Below the pieces are notes generated by a model. That model was given only the letters and a program-made list of their open reading frames with translations. It did not search any database and was not told the DNA's origin. DNA of 57,674 bases, taken from the sequence record DRR378314_1245; one strand, given 5' to 3'. The position numbers and the translations under genes were made by a program. This document shows positions 10,566-20,954 of this stretch, one piece after another (within the stretch, counting starts at the first letter, position 1; every line of letters begins with the position of its first letter).

Positions 10566-12149
10566 ATGAATTTATTCAAACTGAGTGTTAGAGTTTTATT
10601 GTTGTTATTTTCAATAGCTACAGTAGCTCAGAGTATTCAAAAACCAAATATTGTTATCATTTATACCGATGACCAAGGTTATGGGGATGTGGCCGCACTA
10701 AACCCTGATGCTAAATTTAGAACTCCCAATATGGATAAATTGGCCAATGAGGGTATAATTTTTACGGACGGACATAGTAGTGATGCCGTATGTACCCCTT
10801 CTAGATACTCCTTGTTGACTGGAAGGTACAGTTGGAGGACCTCCCTAAAAAAAGGAGTTCTTGAAGCCGATGGCCCCTGTTTGATAGAGAAGGATAGGAT
10901 GACAATTGCCTCTTTGTTAAGGGATAATGGTTATAAAACTGCCATGGTCGGCAAGTGGCATCTACAAATGGAGTTCGAAGGCAGTTTGGGCAAGGATCGT
11001 GACTGGTCCAAACCCTTTAGTGATGGCCCAATTGAAAAAGGGTTCGACTATTTTTTCGGTATTCCCGCATCTATGAACTATGGTATTCTTACCTATTTGG
11101 AAAATGATAGGGTTTTGGATCCTCCGGTGTTATGGACAAAAAAGAAATCGGATCCCAACCCCAGAACGTATAGCGATAGTATTAATCCTCAGCCCTATAG
11201 AATGACTCCTCCTTATGAAAAGGAAGGCGGAACTGGTTGGGTTGAGGTGGCTCCCTCCTTCAACGATGAACTGGTCCTCGAAACCTTGGCCAACAAGGCA
11301 GTGGAGTATATAGGTAAATCTGCCCAGGAGGCAAAAAATGGCAAGCCTTTCTTTTTGTACCTGCCATTGAACAGTCCGCATTTACCACATTGCACGCATC
11401 CGGATTTTCAAGGCCGTAGCAATTGTGGCAATTACGGGGATTTTTTGGAAGAAACCGACTATAGGGTGGGGCAGGTGCTGGATGCCCTAAAAGCCAATGG
11501 CATTGATGATAACACTTTAGTAATTTTTTCCTCAGATAATGGTGCCGAGACCAATTACGTATATCAACGCGATGTATATGGGCACTACAGCAGTTTAAAT
11601 TTTAAGGGCGGAAAACGGGACATATACGAAGGGGGGCACCGTGTACCCTTCCTAATGCGCTGGCCCGCACTGATACAAGCGGGTTCGGAAACCAATGTGC
11701 CGGTCTGCCAAACCGATTATCTGGCGACCATTGCAGAAATTATTGGAGTAAAACTTCCGGATAATGCCGGGGAGGACAGTTACAGTCTACTGCCTATTTT
11801 ACAAGGAAAAGATTATGATAAAGCGGTCAGGGGACCGGTAATCCATCATTCCGTAACGGGTCATTTTGCCATTCGTGATGGAAAATGGAAATTGAATATG
11901 CTCCGTGGTTCAGGGGGATCCTTGGAACCAAGATTCATTCAGCCCAAAGAAGGGGAAGCCGTATTTGAACTTTATAATATGGATGTAGATCCAAGTGAAA
12001 CTACCAACCTCTATTTTGCACAGCCCGAGGTGGTGAAAAGGCTTACCAAAAAAATAACCAGGATTATTAAGGATGGAAGAACAACACCCGGCATACCTCA
12101 GGAATATGTCAAGGAGAATTGGGATTTGCCCTCATGGGTGAAATCCTAA
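10566..12149 (+). CDS. S1 arylsulfatase
   Basis: PNIVIIYTDDQGYGD, CTPSRYSLLTGR, GKWHL, SSDNG, YEGGHRVP; signal peptide. Confidence 0.95.
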   Translation: MNLFKLSVRVLLLLFSIATVAQSIQKPNIVIIYTDDQGYGDVAALNPDAKFRTPNMDKLANEGIIFTDGHSSDAVCTPSRYSLLTGRYSWRTSLKKGVLEADGPCLIEKDRMTIASLLRDNGYKTAMVGKWHLQMEFEGSLGKDRDWSKPFSDGPIEKGFDYFFGIPASMNYGILTYLENDRVLDPPVLWTKKKSDPNPRTYSDSINPQPYRMTPPYEKEGGTGWVEVAPSFNDELVLETLANKAVEYIGKSAQEAKNGKPFFLYLPLNSPHLPHCTHPDFQGRSNCGNYGDFLEETDYRVGQVLDALKANGIDDNTLVIFSSDNGAETNYVYQRDVYGHYSSLNFKGGKRDIYEGGHRVPFLMRWPALIQAGSETNVPVCQTDYLATIAEIIGVKLPDNAGEDSYSLLPILQGKDYDKAVRGPVIHHSVTGHFAIRDGKWKLNMLRGSGGSLEPRFIQPKEGEAVFELYNMDVDPSETTNLYFAQPEVVKRLTKKITRIIKDGRTTPGIPQEYVKENWDLPSWVKS

Positions 12150-12172
12150 ACATTAGGACTTCTCTCTATCTT

Positions 12173-12237
12173 GATCGAAATAAGCAAGAAAAAGATCGAA
12201 CTGAGAAATCCTATTTTGAGCTTTGGCCTTAGGTTTG
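12173..12237 (+). promoter_or_regulatory. Second putative HTCS-activated promoter
   Basis: GATCGAAATAAGCAA (12173-12187) / GATCGAACTGAGAAA (12194-12208), 21-bp period; TAGGTTTG at 12230-12237. Confidence 0.75.
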
Positions 12238-12319
12238 TCCGGGGAGCGGTTTTGGCACCTGCAAAGACCTATTTCCTGATCTGATTTTAAAACGGATACC
12301 TTAAAATAATTTTTAAAAA

Positions 12320-13729
12320 ATGAAACTAAGATCTACAGTGCTTTACTTGTGCACCTTGCTTGTGCTATCATGCGGTGGCAAGCAAGAAGCTAAAATGGAA
12401 GCTATAGCCCAGGAAAAATCCCAACCGAACATCATATTTATATTTGCCGATGATTGGGGATATGGTGATTTGGGAATACATGGAAGTACTTTTTGTAAAA
12501 CGTCCAATCTGGATAAAATGGCTGCCGAAGGTATCGATTTTCAAAACTTCTCAGTTGTCAATCCTGTTTGTTCCCCAAGTAGGGTAGCGGTAATGACAGG
12601 GCAATACCCTGCGCGGCAAAGTGTACACGGGCATTTTGCTTCCGTAGAATCGCATATGCAAAGAAATATGCCAGATTGGTTGAATCCCCAGGCACCCTTG
12701 CTTCCCAAAATGTTAAGGGAGGCTGGATATTCTACGGCCCATTTTGGTAAATGGCATCTTTCCAACACTCATGTGGAGGATGCCCCTTCTCCCTTGGAAT
12801 ATGGATATGATGAGTACGGGGCATTTAATTTACCGAGTAGATTACATCAAATGCATGTAGATTCTACCTTGTATAAAACTATAGATTTTGTAAAGCGACA
12901 TAAGGACAAACCCTTTTTTGTTAATGCATGGATCCATGCTACCCATACCCCGCATTATCCAAAGGAGGAATACATGCAGCAATTTTCCAATTTAAACGAA
13001 CAGGAACAGGTATATGCCGCCGTAGTGGCAGAATATGATGCCCGTATTGGAGAATTGTTTGCAACTCTAAAAGATTTAGGGATCGATGGGAATACCTTGG
13101 TGGTCTTCTCATCCGATAATGGGCCCGAAATAACAGGAAAAAATAAAATAACAGAGGATAATTCTACCGGCCCAGGTTTGGGAACCTATTATTCGGTAGG
13201 GGAAACAGGTGGACTCAAAGGTCGAAAGCGTGCCCTTTTTGCAGGTGGTGTGCGTATACCTTTCTTGGTTCGTTGGCCTGGCACTGTGCCTGCTGGAGTG
13301 GTTGATAAAACTACTGAATTGGCCACTGTAGACTTGTTGCCAACATTTTTGGATCTGGCAGGGGCAAACTTACCCGAGAATTACCAAGCCGATGGAGTAA
13401 GCATCGCGTCTGCCATTAGGGGCAAAGCCTTTGATAGACAAAAGCCCATCTATTGGGATTGGCGTTTTTCCAACGACCGACCCGATTTTTGGCCTAGTGC
13501 CGCCGTACAGGAGGGCAATTGGAAACTTTTGACCAATGATAAATTGGGAAGGGCTGAACTATACAATATTGCTAACGATTGGGCAGAACAGAAGGACTTG
13601 GCTGCTGAAAACCCTGAAAAGCTTAAGGAATTAACTTATAAGCTCCAGGCTTTTCAAGAAACCCTGCCAGTTGCACCACCTGAAAATAGTTTTTCAAAGG
13701 AGAGGGAAACCTTAGAACTTGCAAACTAG
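12320..13729 (+). CDS. S1 sulfatase, lipoprotein
   Basis: Lipobox VLSC; ADDWGYGD, CSPSRVAVMTG, GKWHL, SSDNG. Confidence 0.95.
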   Translation: MKLRSTVLYLCTLLVLSCGGKQEAKMEAIAQEKSQPNIIFIFADDWGYGDLGIHGSTFCKTSNLDKMAAEGIDFQNFSVVNPVCSPSRVAVMTGQYPARQSVHGHFASVESHMQRNMPDWLNPQAPLLPKMLREAGYSTAHFGKWHLSNTHVEDAPSPLEYGYDEYGAFNLPSRLHQMHVDSTLYKTIDFVKRHKDKPFFVNAWIHATHTPHYPKEEYMQQFSNLNEQEQVYAAVVAEYDARIGELFATLKDLGIDGNTLVVFSSDNGPEITGKNKITEDNSTGPGLGTYYSVGETGGLKGRKRALFAGGVRIPFLVRWPGTVPAGVVDKTTELATVDLLPTFLDLAGANLPENYQADGVSIASAIRGKAFDRQKPIYWDWRFSNDRPDFWPSAAVQEGNWKLLTNDKLGRAELYNIANDWAEQKDLAAENPEKLKELTYKLQAFQETLPVAPPENSFSKERETLELAN

Positions 13730-13735
13730 AAATAC

Positions 13736-13772
13736 AAATGGACTTGTAGAATTACTCCTATGAGTCCGTTTT
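13736..13772 (+). terminator. Intrinsic terminator after the sulfatase operon
   Basis: AAATGGACTTGTAG / 8-nt loop / CTATGAGTCCGTTT, 14-bp stem with G-U pairs ending in a T-run, just after the stop at 13729. Confidence 0.65.
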
Positions 13773-14340
13773 GCTTGTAAAAATTAATTGAGCCGAGAAT
13801 CCGCCCAGTTTTGTAATGGATTGCTACATGCTTATACTTTGAGAAATGTTGTTTGATTTCTGACTTGAGAACATTAGAAGTTTTGAAGCGGTTAAGAAGT
13901 CTACATTTTCACATTTTTTAACTTTTAGAATTTTCTGTTAATTTTTATTTTTATTCAAAATTTGAAATAGCGATATCATGCAATTTATTAAACGAGAGAA
14001 CGATTTTTCGCCCACGTTTTCAGTTTGGTCAATTGAAAAAGTAACCAAGAATCTATTGTCAAATAGTACTAAAAGTGGGCATTTTTTGCAACCTCCCGCT
14101 CTAGGGATGTTGTTCCAATTTCTACTCCCCATTAATCTTCAGGGGAATGAACTCTTTGAATTCAAGTTTTATAGATGAGGGCATAGCGGCCCTAGCTTAT
14201 GTGAGTGGCGGCTCCGCAAACCCTCTGGCCAATAAAGGCCGTGATGGGAATTCTTTTTAGCGCAAAAAACAATCATTATTTCGTTCTGTTTCTTTAGACG
14301 ATTACTTGCTAACAGTGAAGTATAATTTAAATAAATAGTT

Positions 14341-14769
14341 ATGGAAGCATTAAAGACAAATAAGAAAAAAAACTATTACCAAAGACTAAATTCCCTTCCT
14401 ACACTGAAATTCAGGAAATTCCAAATGAACATGGACAAAACTGGAGTCCATATCCTGATTTCGGCCAATTTTCTTAAAAAGGGTAATCATTCCGTAAGGG
14501 TACAAAATGGGATGCTACACTTAAAGATCAAACGATCCACAGATCTGTTCGGGTATGCCAATAATGCCATTTCGCAAGGGGTCCATGACAAGGATATGGA
14601 TTTTAAAATCTGTTTGCCCCAAAAAAAGTACTGGCATATAAATTCCGTTCGCTTTCAAAACGGGAACCTGCAGATTCATCTTGTTGATGGGTACCGCGGG
14701 GGAACTGCCATAAAGTACGCGGAACCATCTAGGATTTCCAATTTCATTACCTCATCAGTACCGTATTAA
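14341..14769 (+). CDS. Hsp20/alpha-crystallin-like protein (divergent)
   Basis: SVRVQNGMLHLK, FKICLP and VRFQNGNLQIHL follow the alpha-crystallin strand pattern. Confidence 0.55.
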   Translation: MEALKTNKKKNYYQRLNSLPTLKFRKFQMNMDKTGVHILISANFLKKGNHSVRVQNGMLHLKIKRSTDLFGYANNAISQGVHDKDMDFKICLPQKKYWHINSVRFQNGNLQIHLVDGYRGGTAIKYAEPSRISNFITSSVPY

Positions 14770-15042
14770 CGGCAAATGATATGGCCTGGCCCTTGTAGGG
14801 ATATCTACGTCCTTATGGGACTCTAAATAGTTGTTTTACCATAATAAATAATGATGTATTACATATGGATGAACAAATTGAAAAACTGACTGAAATCTGA
14901 GGTCCAGAGTCAGCAGTATTGGTGCAACGAATACCGATAGTGATTTTAAGCCAATACTAGTATGCAGGGAATATTGGCATATTGATAATAATGAATACTG
15001 TAATAGACCAGCCGTTAGCTCGGCCCAAACTTTTAAATTTTT

Positions 15043-16212
15043 ATGAATTATAAACCATTTTTTATGAAATCGAATAAACCTAATTTAAGAAGTGTACTCT
15101 TTTTAATTGCCTTATTATTCTTTTATAGTCAGGGCGCCAAGGCGGGGAATGGTATTATACTATATACCCCCTATACCTACATTACGGTACCCCCTGGAGA
15201 ATCAATCGACTATACCGTTGAGGTTAAAAATTATGGCAGCCAGGTAAAGGATGTGGAAATTGACCTTTCCGGGCTACCTGAAGATTGGAATTCCACCCTA
15301 AAGGCAGGGGGTTATTCCATTAAGCGGATAGCGGTATTGCCGGGCGAGAAAAAAACCGTATCTCTAACCTTAAATGTACCCTTAAAGGTAGATAAGGGCA
15401 AATACAATCTCAGGCTCATTGCCAAAAATTACGATGTGCTCCCTATAGTGGTGAACGTATCGGAGGAGGGAACTTTCAAGTCCGAGTTTAGCTCGGACCA
15501 AATAAATATGGAGGGGCATTCCAAATCCAATTTCAATTTTTCCACTAAATTAAAAAACCATACCGGCGAAAAGCAGCTGTATTCCTTAATGGCAGCACCG
15601 CCACGGGGTTGGAACCTGGCCTTTAAGCCCAATGGCAGACAGGCCACGGCAGTAGAGATCGAAGCGGGTAAGACCACCAATATTACGGTGGAGGTACAGC
15701 CTTCCCCCCAAGTAACATCCGGATCCTATAAAATCCCGGTAAAGGCTACCAACAAGTACAGCACGGCCGAATTGGAACTGGAGGTGGTCATAAAGGGATC
15801 CTATGATATGGAGCTTACCACCCCAACTGGATTGTTGAGTTCCAGTATTACTTCGGGAAGGGAAAAGAAACTGGAACTGCTGTTGAGAAATACCGGATCT
15901 AGCGAGCTGAGGAATGTTAGTTTTAGCACTTCAAAACCCAAGGATTGGGAAATTTCCATTGAGCCGGACACCATTGCAGTGGTTCAGGCCGGTGGCAGTA
16001 CAAAGGTCCAGGCTATTATTAAGTCGGCCGATAAGACCATTCCGGGCGATTACCTTCCCAAGATAACGGCCAAGACTCCTGAGGTCTCGTCAACTGCTGC
16101 CATTAGGGTCTTGGTTAAGACTCCTTTACTATGGGGTTGGCTCGGGATTTTTATCATATTAGGCACATTGGGTGGAATTTATTACCTGTTTAGAAAATAC
16201 GGTAGAAGGTAA
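15043..16212 (+). CDS. NEW3-domain (Ig-like) protein with C-terminal membrane anchor
   Basis: Signal peptide, repeated N-x-G...P.GW...G.Y Ig-like modules, C-terminal TM followed by FRKYGRR. Confidence 0.8.
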   Translation: MNYKPFFMKSNKPNLRSVLFLIALLFFYSQGAKAGNGIILYTPYTYITVPPGESIDYTVEVKNYGSQVKDVEIDLSGLPEDWNSTLKAGGYSIKRIAVLPGEKKTVSLTLNVPLKVDKGKYNLRLIAKNYDVLPIVVNVSEEGTFKSEFSSDQINMEGHSKSNFNFSTKLKNHTGEKQLYSLMAAPPRGWNLAFKPNGRQATAVEIEAGKTTNITVEVQPSPQVTSGSYKIPVKATNKYSTAELELEVVIKGSYDMELTTPTGLLSSSITSGREKKLELLLRNTGSSELRNVSFSTSKPKDWEISIEPDTIAVVQAGGSTKVQAIIKSADKTIPGDYLPKITAKTPEVSSTAAIRVLVKTPLLWGWLGIFIILGTLGGIYYLFRKYGRR

Positions 16213-17189
16213 TGGCGGAAAAGAGTATAGATATAAAGGGGCTCACCAAAAAGTACGGTGATCACATTGCGGTAAACAATTTAAACCTGTCCATAGAAAA
16301 GGGTGAGATTTTTGGTCTATTGGGACCCAACGGCGCGGGTAAATCTACCACCATCCTTATGCTATTGGGGCTTACCGAAGTGGATTCGGGGAGTGTAAAG
16401 GTATGTGGTATAGACAGTAGCAGGTATCCGCTGGAAGTGAAAAGAAAAGTAGGATATCTACCGGAAGATGTTGGTTTTTACAACGATTATTCCGGATTGC
16501 AGAATCTGATGTATATAGCCCGTTTAAACGACATCCCGGGGGAAGAGGCCAAGAGGGCGGCCTTGGAGATATTGCAAGAGGTGGGTTTGGAAGATGTCAA
16601 GGATAGTAAGGTGGCCAGCTATTCCCGAGGAATGCGGCAACGTCTTGGCCTGGCAGATGTGCTTATAAAAAACCCGGAGGTCATAATATTGGACGAACCT
16701 ACCCTAGGACTAGATCCAGAGGGGGTAAAAAAGTTTCTACAGCTCATTGTGCGGCTTAGTAGAAAAAAGGGCATCACCGTTTTGTTCTCCTCCCATCATT
16801 TGCACCAGATTCAACAGGTATGTGACAGGGTGGGGATCTTTGTGAAAGGTAAAATGCTGGCAGAGGGCAAAATTAGCTCCTTGGCCCAACAGTTGTTTTC
16901 CAAAAACGCCTTTACCTTGGTAGGGGGTATTTCTTCTGTGGAGCAATATGTTAAACCTTCCCTGTCAATGAAGGAGTTGGTCCACAAAATGAATGCGATT
17001 CCCGAGGTTGCACATGTGGAATTTGAGGAAAACCGATTTGTAGTAGAATCCAATAAGGATGTCTCTGCTGAATTGTCAAGACTAGTAGTACAGTCGGGAT
17101 ACGGTCTAAATTTCCTTAGCAAAAAGGAATATGGACTGGACGATATTTATTATCAATATTTTCAAGAAGGTAAAGCACATGAAAAATAA
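16212..17189 (+). CDS. ABC transporter ATP-binding protein
   Basis: GPNGAGKST, YSRGMRQR, ILDEPT, SSH. Confidence 0.95.
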   Translation: MAEKSIDIKGLTKKYGDHIAVNNLNLSIEKGEIFGLLGPNGAGKSTTILMLLGLTEVDSGSVKVCGIDSSRYPLEVKRKVGYLPEDVGFYNDYSGLQNLMYIARLNDIPGEEAKRAALEILQEVGLEDVKDSKVASYSRGMRQRLGLADVLIKNPEVIILDEPTLGLDPEGVKKFLQLIVRLSRKKGITVLFSSHHLHQIQQVCDRVGIFVKGKMLAEGKISSLAQQLFSKNAFTLVGGISSVEQYVKPSLSMKELVHKMNAIPEVAHVEFEENRFVVESNKDVSAELSRLVVQSGYGLNFLSKKEYGLDDIYYQYFQEGKAHEK

Positions 17190-18255
17190 AGTCTTAAGAA
17201 TAAGTATATCAAAATTAAACGAATTAAAATTTCGCGATAGGATTACCCAGCTGCACACCTTGGTGTTCAGGGATGACAATGCAGAAACCAGTAAAGGAAA
17301 TTTTCCATGGGCTCCGTTCAAGGCTATGGTACAAAAGGAGATTTCAGACCATTTTAGGAACTGGCGTTTTATAATTCTATTTGTTATTATTTCCCTGGCC
17401 TGTATGGGAACATTATTTGCCACTATGGCCAATGGCATGAAGGTCCTTGTTGCCGACAGTGCGGAGAACAACTTTTTTTTCTTGAATTTATTTACCAAAT
17501 CCGACGGTACCCTGCCGCCGTTTTTTGGGTTTGTGGGATTCCTTGGCCCCTTGTTTGGTATAAGCTTGGGGTTCGATGCCATTAGTTCGGAACAGCAAAG
17601 GGGAACCTTGAGCAGGGTTATGGCGCAACCTGTTCCCAGGGATAGTATCCTTAACGCTAAATTCTTGGCAGGTATTATCGTGATCAGTGTCATGTTCTTT
17701 ACATTGAGCTTCATGGTCTTAGGCTCGGGATTGATAGCCGTAGGAATACCGCCCACCGCAGAGGAATTTATGCGTATCATGGTATATACGGTACTTAGTA
17801 TTGTCTATGTATCCTTTTGGCTGAACCTTGCTATTTTGTTTTCGGTCCGTTTTAAGCAATCTGCCACTTCCGCCCTGTTGGGTATAGCGGTATGGTTATT
17901 TTTCACCATTTTTTATCCTTTGATCGCCAATATCTTCATAAAGGCCTATGAACCATCTAAATTCGTCTCCCCGAGGGCCATTTATTTCTATGAAAAATTG
18001 AAGTTTTATTTGCTACAGATCATGCCCAATGAGCTGTTTGATGGGATTACCTCCGCAATTTTAGTGCCTTCGGTTCGTAGTTTGGGGCCACTTAGCATGG
18101 AGCAGCTGCAAGGGGCCATTCCCAGTTCCTTGCCATTAGGACAGAGTATTATGTTGGTATGGCCACAGTTTACGGGTTTATTGTCGCTTACGTTGCTGTG
18201 TTTTCTGCTTTCTTATATAATCTTTATGAAGCGGGAAATACGCTCCAGGGGATAG
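17179..18255 (+). CDS. ABC-2/NosY-like permease
   Basis: Multiple TMs, KEISDHF, GFDAISSEQQRGTLSRVMAQP; start ATG 17179 preferred over 17131. Confidence 0.85.
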   Translation: MKNKVLRISISKLNELKFRDRITQLHTLVFRDDNAETSKGNFPWAPFKAMVQKEISDHFRNWRFIILFVIISLACMGTLFATMANGMKVLVADSAENNFFFLNLFTKSDGTLPPFFGFVGFLGPLFGISLGFDAISSEQQRGTLSRVMAQPVPRDSILNAKFLAGIIVISVMFFTLSFMVLGSGLIAVGIPPTAEEFMRIMVYTVLSIVYVSFWLNLAILFSVRFKQSATSALLGIAVWLFFTIFYPLIANIFIKAYEPSKFVSPRAIYFYEKLKFYLLQIMPNELFDGITSAILVPSVRSLGPLSMEQLQGAIPSSLPLGQSIMLVWPQFTGLLSLTLLCFLLSYIIFMKREIRSRG

Positions 18256-18295
18256 GGATTTTTATTTCTACTTGAATGAAGGTTTAGGGAACTGT

Positions 18296-19030
18296 TCAAT
18301 CCGCAACCGTTAGTCCGTATACCTGAAAGTTATCAATGGTCATATGGTTGTTTACCGTCCTAAAACCAAAATATCCGCTGGTATAAGATTCGGGGTCATA
18401 AAAATCGATGATACATTGGCCATCGCGGTAATATTGAATTATGCCGTTAAAGGCTATTATCTTGATCTTTATGACCTTATTCGGCTTTATGAGGTATTCG
18501 GGTTCCGAAAGGTCATGTTCTGGCAACAAGGGCCTGTCACCATTGCCTAGGTATCTTCTAAAGCGTGTTTTGCTATTGTCATGTCCGCCAACACCCATAT
18601 AGTAAAGCCGTAGGCTGTCATAGTTGCTGAACTTACCTCCGCGCTTGTCAGAATTGGCAAATAGATCATTCGGATTTTCGGGGTCTTTTGCCATCCAAAA
18701 GCAATTGAGATCGGAAACCCGGTCTTGGGGTCCCCCTTGATCTATGACATAGGCATCATATTGGATCAAAATAGGGCCTTCCAATTCTTTATTAAACCAA
18801 ATGGTACAGCCGGCAACATCGGTAATTTCCAAGTTTCCATCCACAGTTTCTGCAGTACCGCCCGGCATCTGCTCAACCACCCAATTCTGAAGTCCGTCCT
18901 TAAAAGAATCACAATACATCTCTTTTTTTTGTACCGTCAGCGTATCATTGATCCGTTCCCTTGCTTCCTGCGCCAATACGGTTGTACCAATGCACAACAC
19001 TATTGCAGTTAAAATGATTTTATTTCCCAT
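18296..19030 (-). CDS. DUF6250-like secreted beta-sandwich protein
   Basis: GCTIWF, RVSDLNCFWMA, YYMGVGG, TRFRRY, GYFGFRT; signal peptide begins at Met14 (19030). Confidence 0.7.
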   Translation of the reverse strand: MGNKIILTAIVLCIGTTVLAQEARERINDTLTVQKKEMYCDSFKDGLQNWVVEQMPGGTAETVDGNLEITDVAGCTIWFNKELEGPILIQYDAYVIDQGGPQDRVSDLNCFWMAKDPENPNDLFANSDKRGGKFSNYDSLRLYYMGVGGHDNSKTRFRRYLGNGDRPLLPEHDLSEPEYLIKPNKVIKIKIIAFNGIIQYYRDGQCIIDFYDPESYTSGYFGFRTVNNHMTIDNFQVYGLTVAD

Positions 19031-19180
19031 AAGTATTCTGTTCTTCAGTTCTTGCATTTTTGAGGGCACATAACTCGAGCTGGGGCCATAATGTGCCGCT
19101 CTTCTTCACCACCAACAACCTGCTGTCTATTTAATGTGGCATAGTTTAATTTTTGGGTACTTGGCCCAAGGCTGCTACAA

Positions 19181-20662
19181 TTATTTCTCGTTCGCCTTAA
19201 AAGCCATTTCCCCCATTTTGTTCAAAATCTTCTTTCTTAGCCCTGCTATCAATTCGGGATGTTGTTCCGCAATATTCAATTGTTCTTTTGCAGAGGAATG
19301 GTGGTCATATAACTCCACTTCGCCGCTACTGTGTTGTGTAAATCTATATTGGTCGGTACGGATGGTAGTGGCGTGACTTTTAATGGCGACGGCTTCGTGA
19401 CCTTTCACGTGAGGATCTGCCAAAATGGGCGCCAAGGAAGTACCCTGTGCAAAATCGGGAATCGGAAGTCCGGTTAAATCGCAAAGAGTGGGAAAAACAT
19501 CTACCGATTCAACTACGGCATCGCTCATCTGACCTTTGTGCTCCATTTCTGGGTTTTGGATAATCAATGGGGATCGCAACGATTCTTCAAATAGACTGTG
19601 CTTGCCCCAAATGGCATGTTCTCCCAGATGCCAACCGTGGTCGCCCCAAAGTACTACCACGGTGTTCTTATCCGCTCCCGTTTCCTTTAGCTTTTTCAGG
19701 ATGTCGCCAACATGCTTGTCGGCATAGCTGACACAGGCGGCATAATATTTTTTGAGCTCAAGTGCATAGGCTTCGTCTTTCCTGGGATCCTTGCCTTGGT
19801 GGTTATAGTTCATAAATTCGCCTGAGCCGTGCCAGGTGGTGGTGCCTGAGGGTTTCTCGGGATGCGGTACTGGCGGAATGTCTACATTCTCATAAAGGTC
19901 CAAATAGCGCTTCGGCATTCCAAAAGGGAGGTGCGGTTTTATTAGCCCAATGGCTAGGAAAAAAGGTTTGTTTCCTTTGGCCAATTCATTTAGCTGATGC
20001 AATCCTTCTTCAGCGATATGGCCATCCGGATAACTTTTGTCGTCATCATCCACCGTTTCCATAACATCACGTTCATTAGCGGTTCTAATTTTGCCATATG
20101 CCAATCCGTGCATGGCCCCTCTGGGATGCTGCCATTCGGCAACGGGCATCAAATGCCTGTCCCAGGCGTTGGGCATTTCGGGTATCCCATCCTCGTTCCA
20201 ATCATCGCCTCCCCTGCCACCGGGGTGATGTGATACCTTGCCCACCGAAACCGTGGTGTAGCCATTTTTCCGGAACCATTCGGGCATACTGGGCACAACG
20301 GGATCATTTTTTTCGATGGCCTGCGCACGTTCAAACAAGGACTGGTTGCTTTTGTCCCGGTACTCCACTCCGTAGAGCCCGGTTAAAAAGGCATATCTAG
20401 AAGGTCCGCAGCTAGGGGCATTCACATAATGTCGACTAAAAGCCCGGCTTACCGATGCAAGGCTGTCGATGTTGGGTGAGTGTATGTAGGTCTGGCCAAA
20501 TGCCGCAAGCTCTGGCCTAAGGTCATCTATACAGATAATGAGTACGTTCTTCTGTTGGGCGATGGCATAATAGGAACCACACAGGAGTAGGACCATAAGC
20601 ACGAAACCCTTTTTAGTTAAGGAAATCTCCCTGTCCATAAGATTTAAATAATTGATTTTCAT
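19181..20662 (-). CDS. S1 sulfatase (iduronate-2-sulfatase-like)
   Basis: [40 protein letters not shown]. Confidence 0.92.
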   Translation of the reverse strand: MKINYLNLMDREISLTKKGFVLMVLLLCGSYYAIAQQKNVLIICIDDLRPELAAFGQTYIHSPNIDSLASVSRAFSRHYVNAPSCGPSRYAFLTGLYGVEYRDKSNQSLFERAQAIEKNDPVVPSMPEWFRKNGYTTVSVGKVSHHPGGRGGDDWNEDGIPEMPNAWDRHLMPVAEWQHPRGAMHGLAYGKIRTANERDVMETVDDDDKSYPDGHIAEEGLHQLNELAKGNKPFFLAIGLIKPHLPFGMPKRYLDLYENVDIPPVPHPEKPSGTTTWHGSGEFMNYNHQGKDPRKDEAYALELKKYYAACVSYADKHVGDILKKLKETGADKNTVVVLWGDHGWHLGEHAIWGKHSLFEESLRSPLIIQNPEMEHKGQMSDAVVESVDVFPTLCDLTGLPIPDFAQGTSLAPILADPHVKGHEAVAIKSHATTIRTDQYRFTQHSSGEVELYDHHSSAKEQLNIAEQHPELIAGLRKKILNKMGEMAFKANEK

Positions 20663-20696
20663 TATAGTTTTTATTTTAAATGGTTTCTTCCTGGTT

Positions 20697-20939
20697 TTAT
20701 TTTATAATTTTTGGAACTTTCAACAGAAATTCTTGGGAAGAATAGTCCCTTATAGCGGTGACGGTATCCGTTTCTTTCCCGGCAAACTTTTTTACTTCCA
20801 CCAAAGCTCTTGAAAAGCTTGCAAAGGGATTAGCTTGGGTTCTGTTACCACGGTCGTTCCCAGATGGGGAAACAAATATTTCTTTGGCTGTAAGTTGACT
20901 GGCCAGTAATAAAAAAATAACTGCAATTTTAAATCTCAT
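20697..20939 (-). pseudogene. Truncated remnant of a secreted beta-helix-type enzyme
   Basis: Signal peptide plus EIFVSPSGNDRGNRTQANPFASFSRAL, the N-terminal cap of parallel beta-helix proteins, but only 80 aa in total. Confidence 0.65.
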
Positions 20940-20954
20940 AATAAGCGTATTGTT

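Noticed and set aside
13938-14178. Two short overlapping ORFs (64 and 66 aa) on opposite strands
   Set aside because: No motifs or convincing start context; at most a decayed remnant.
19031-19180. Possible gene remnant between the sulfatase and DUF6250
   Set aside because: Frames are interrupted by stops and show no recognisable similarity.
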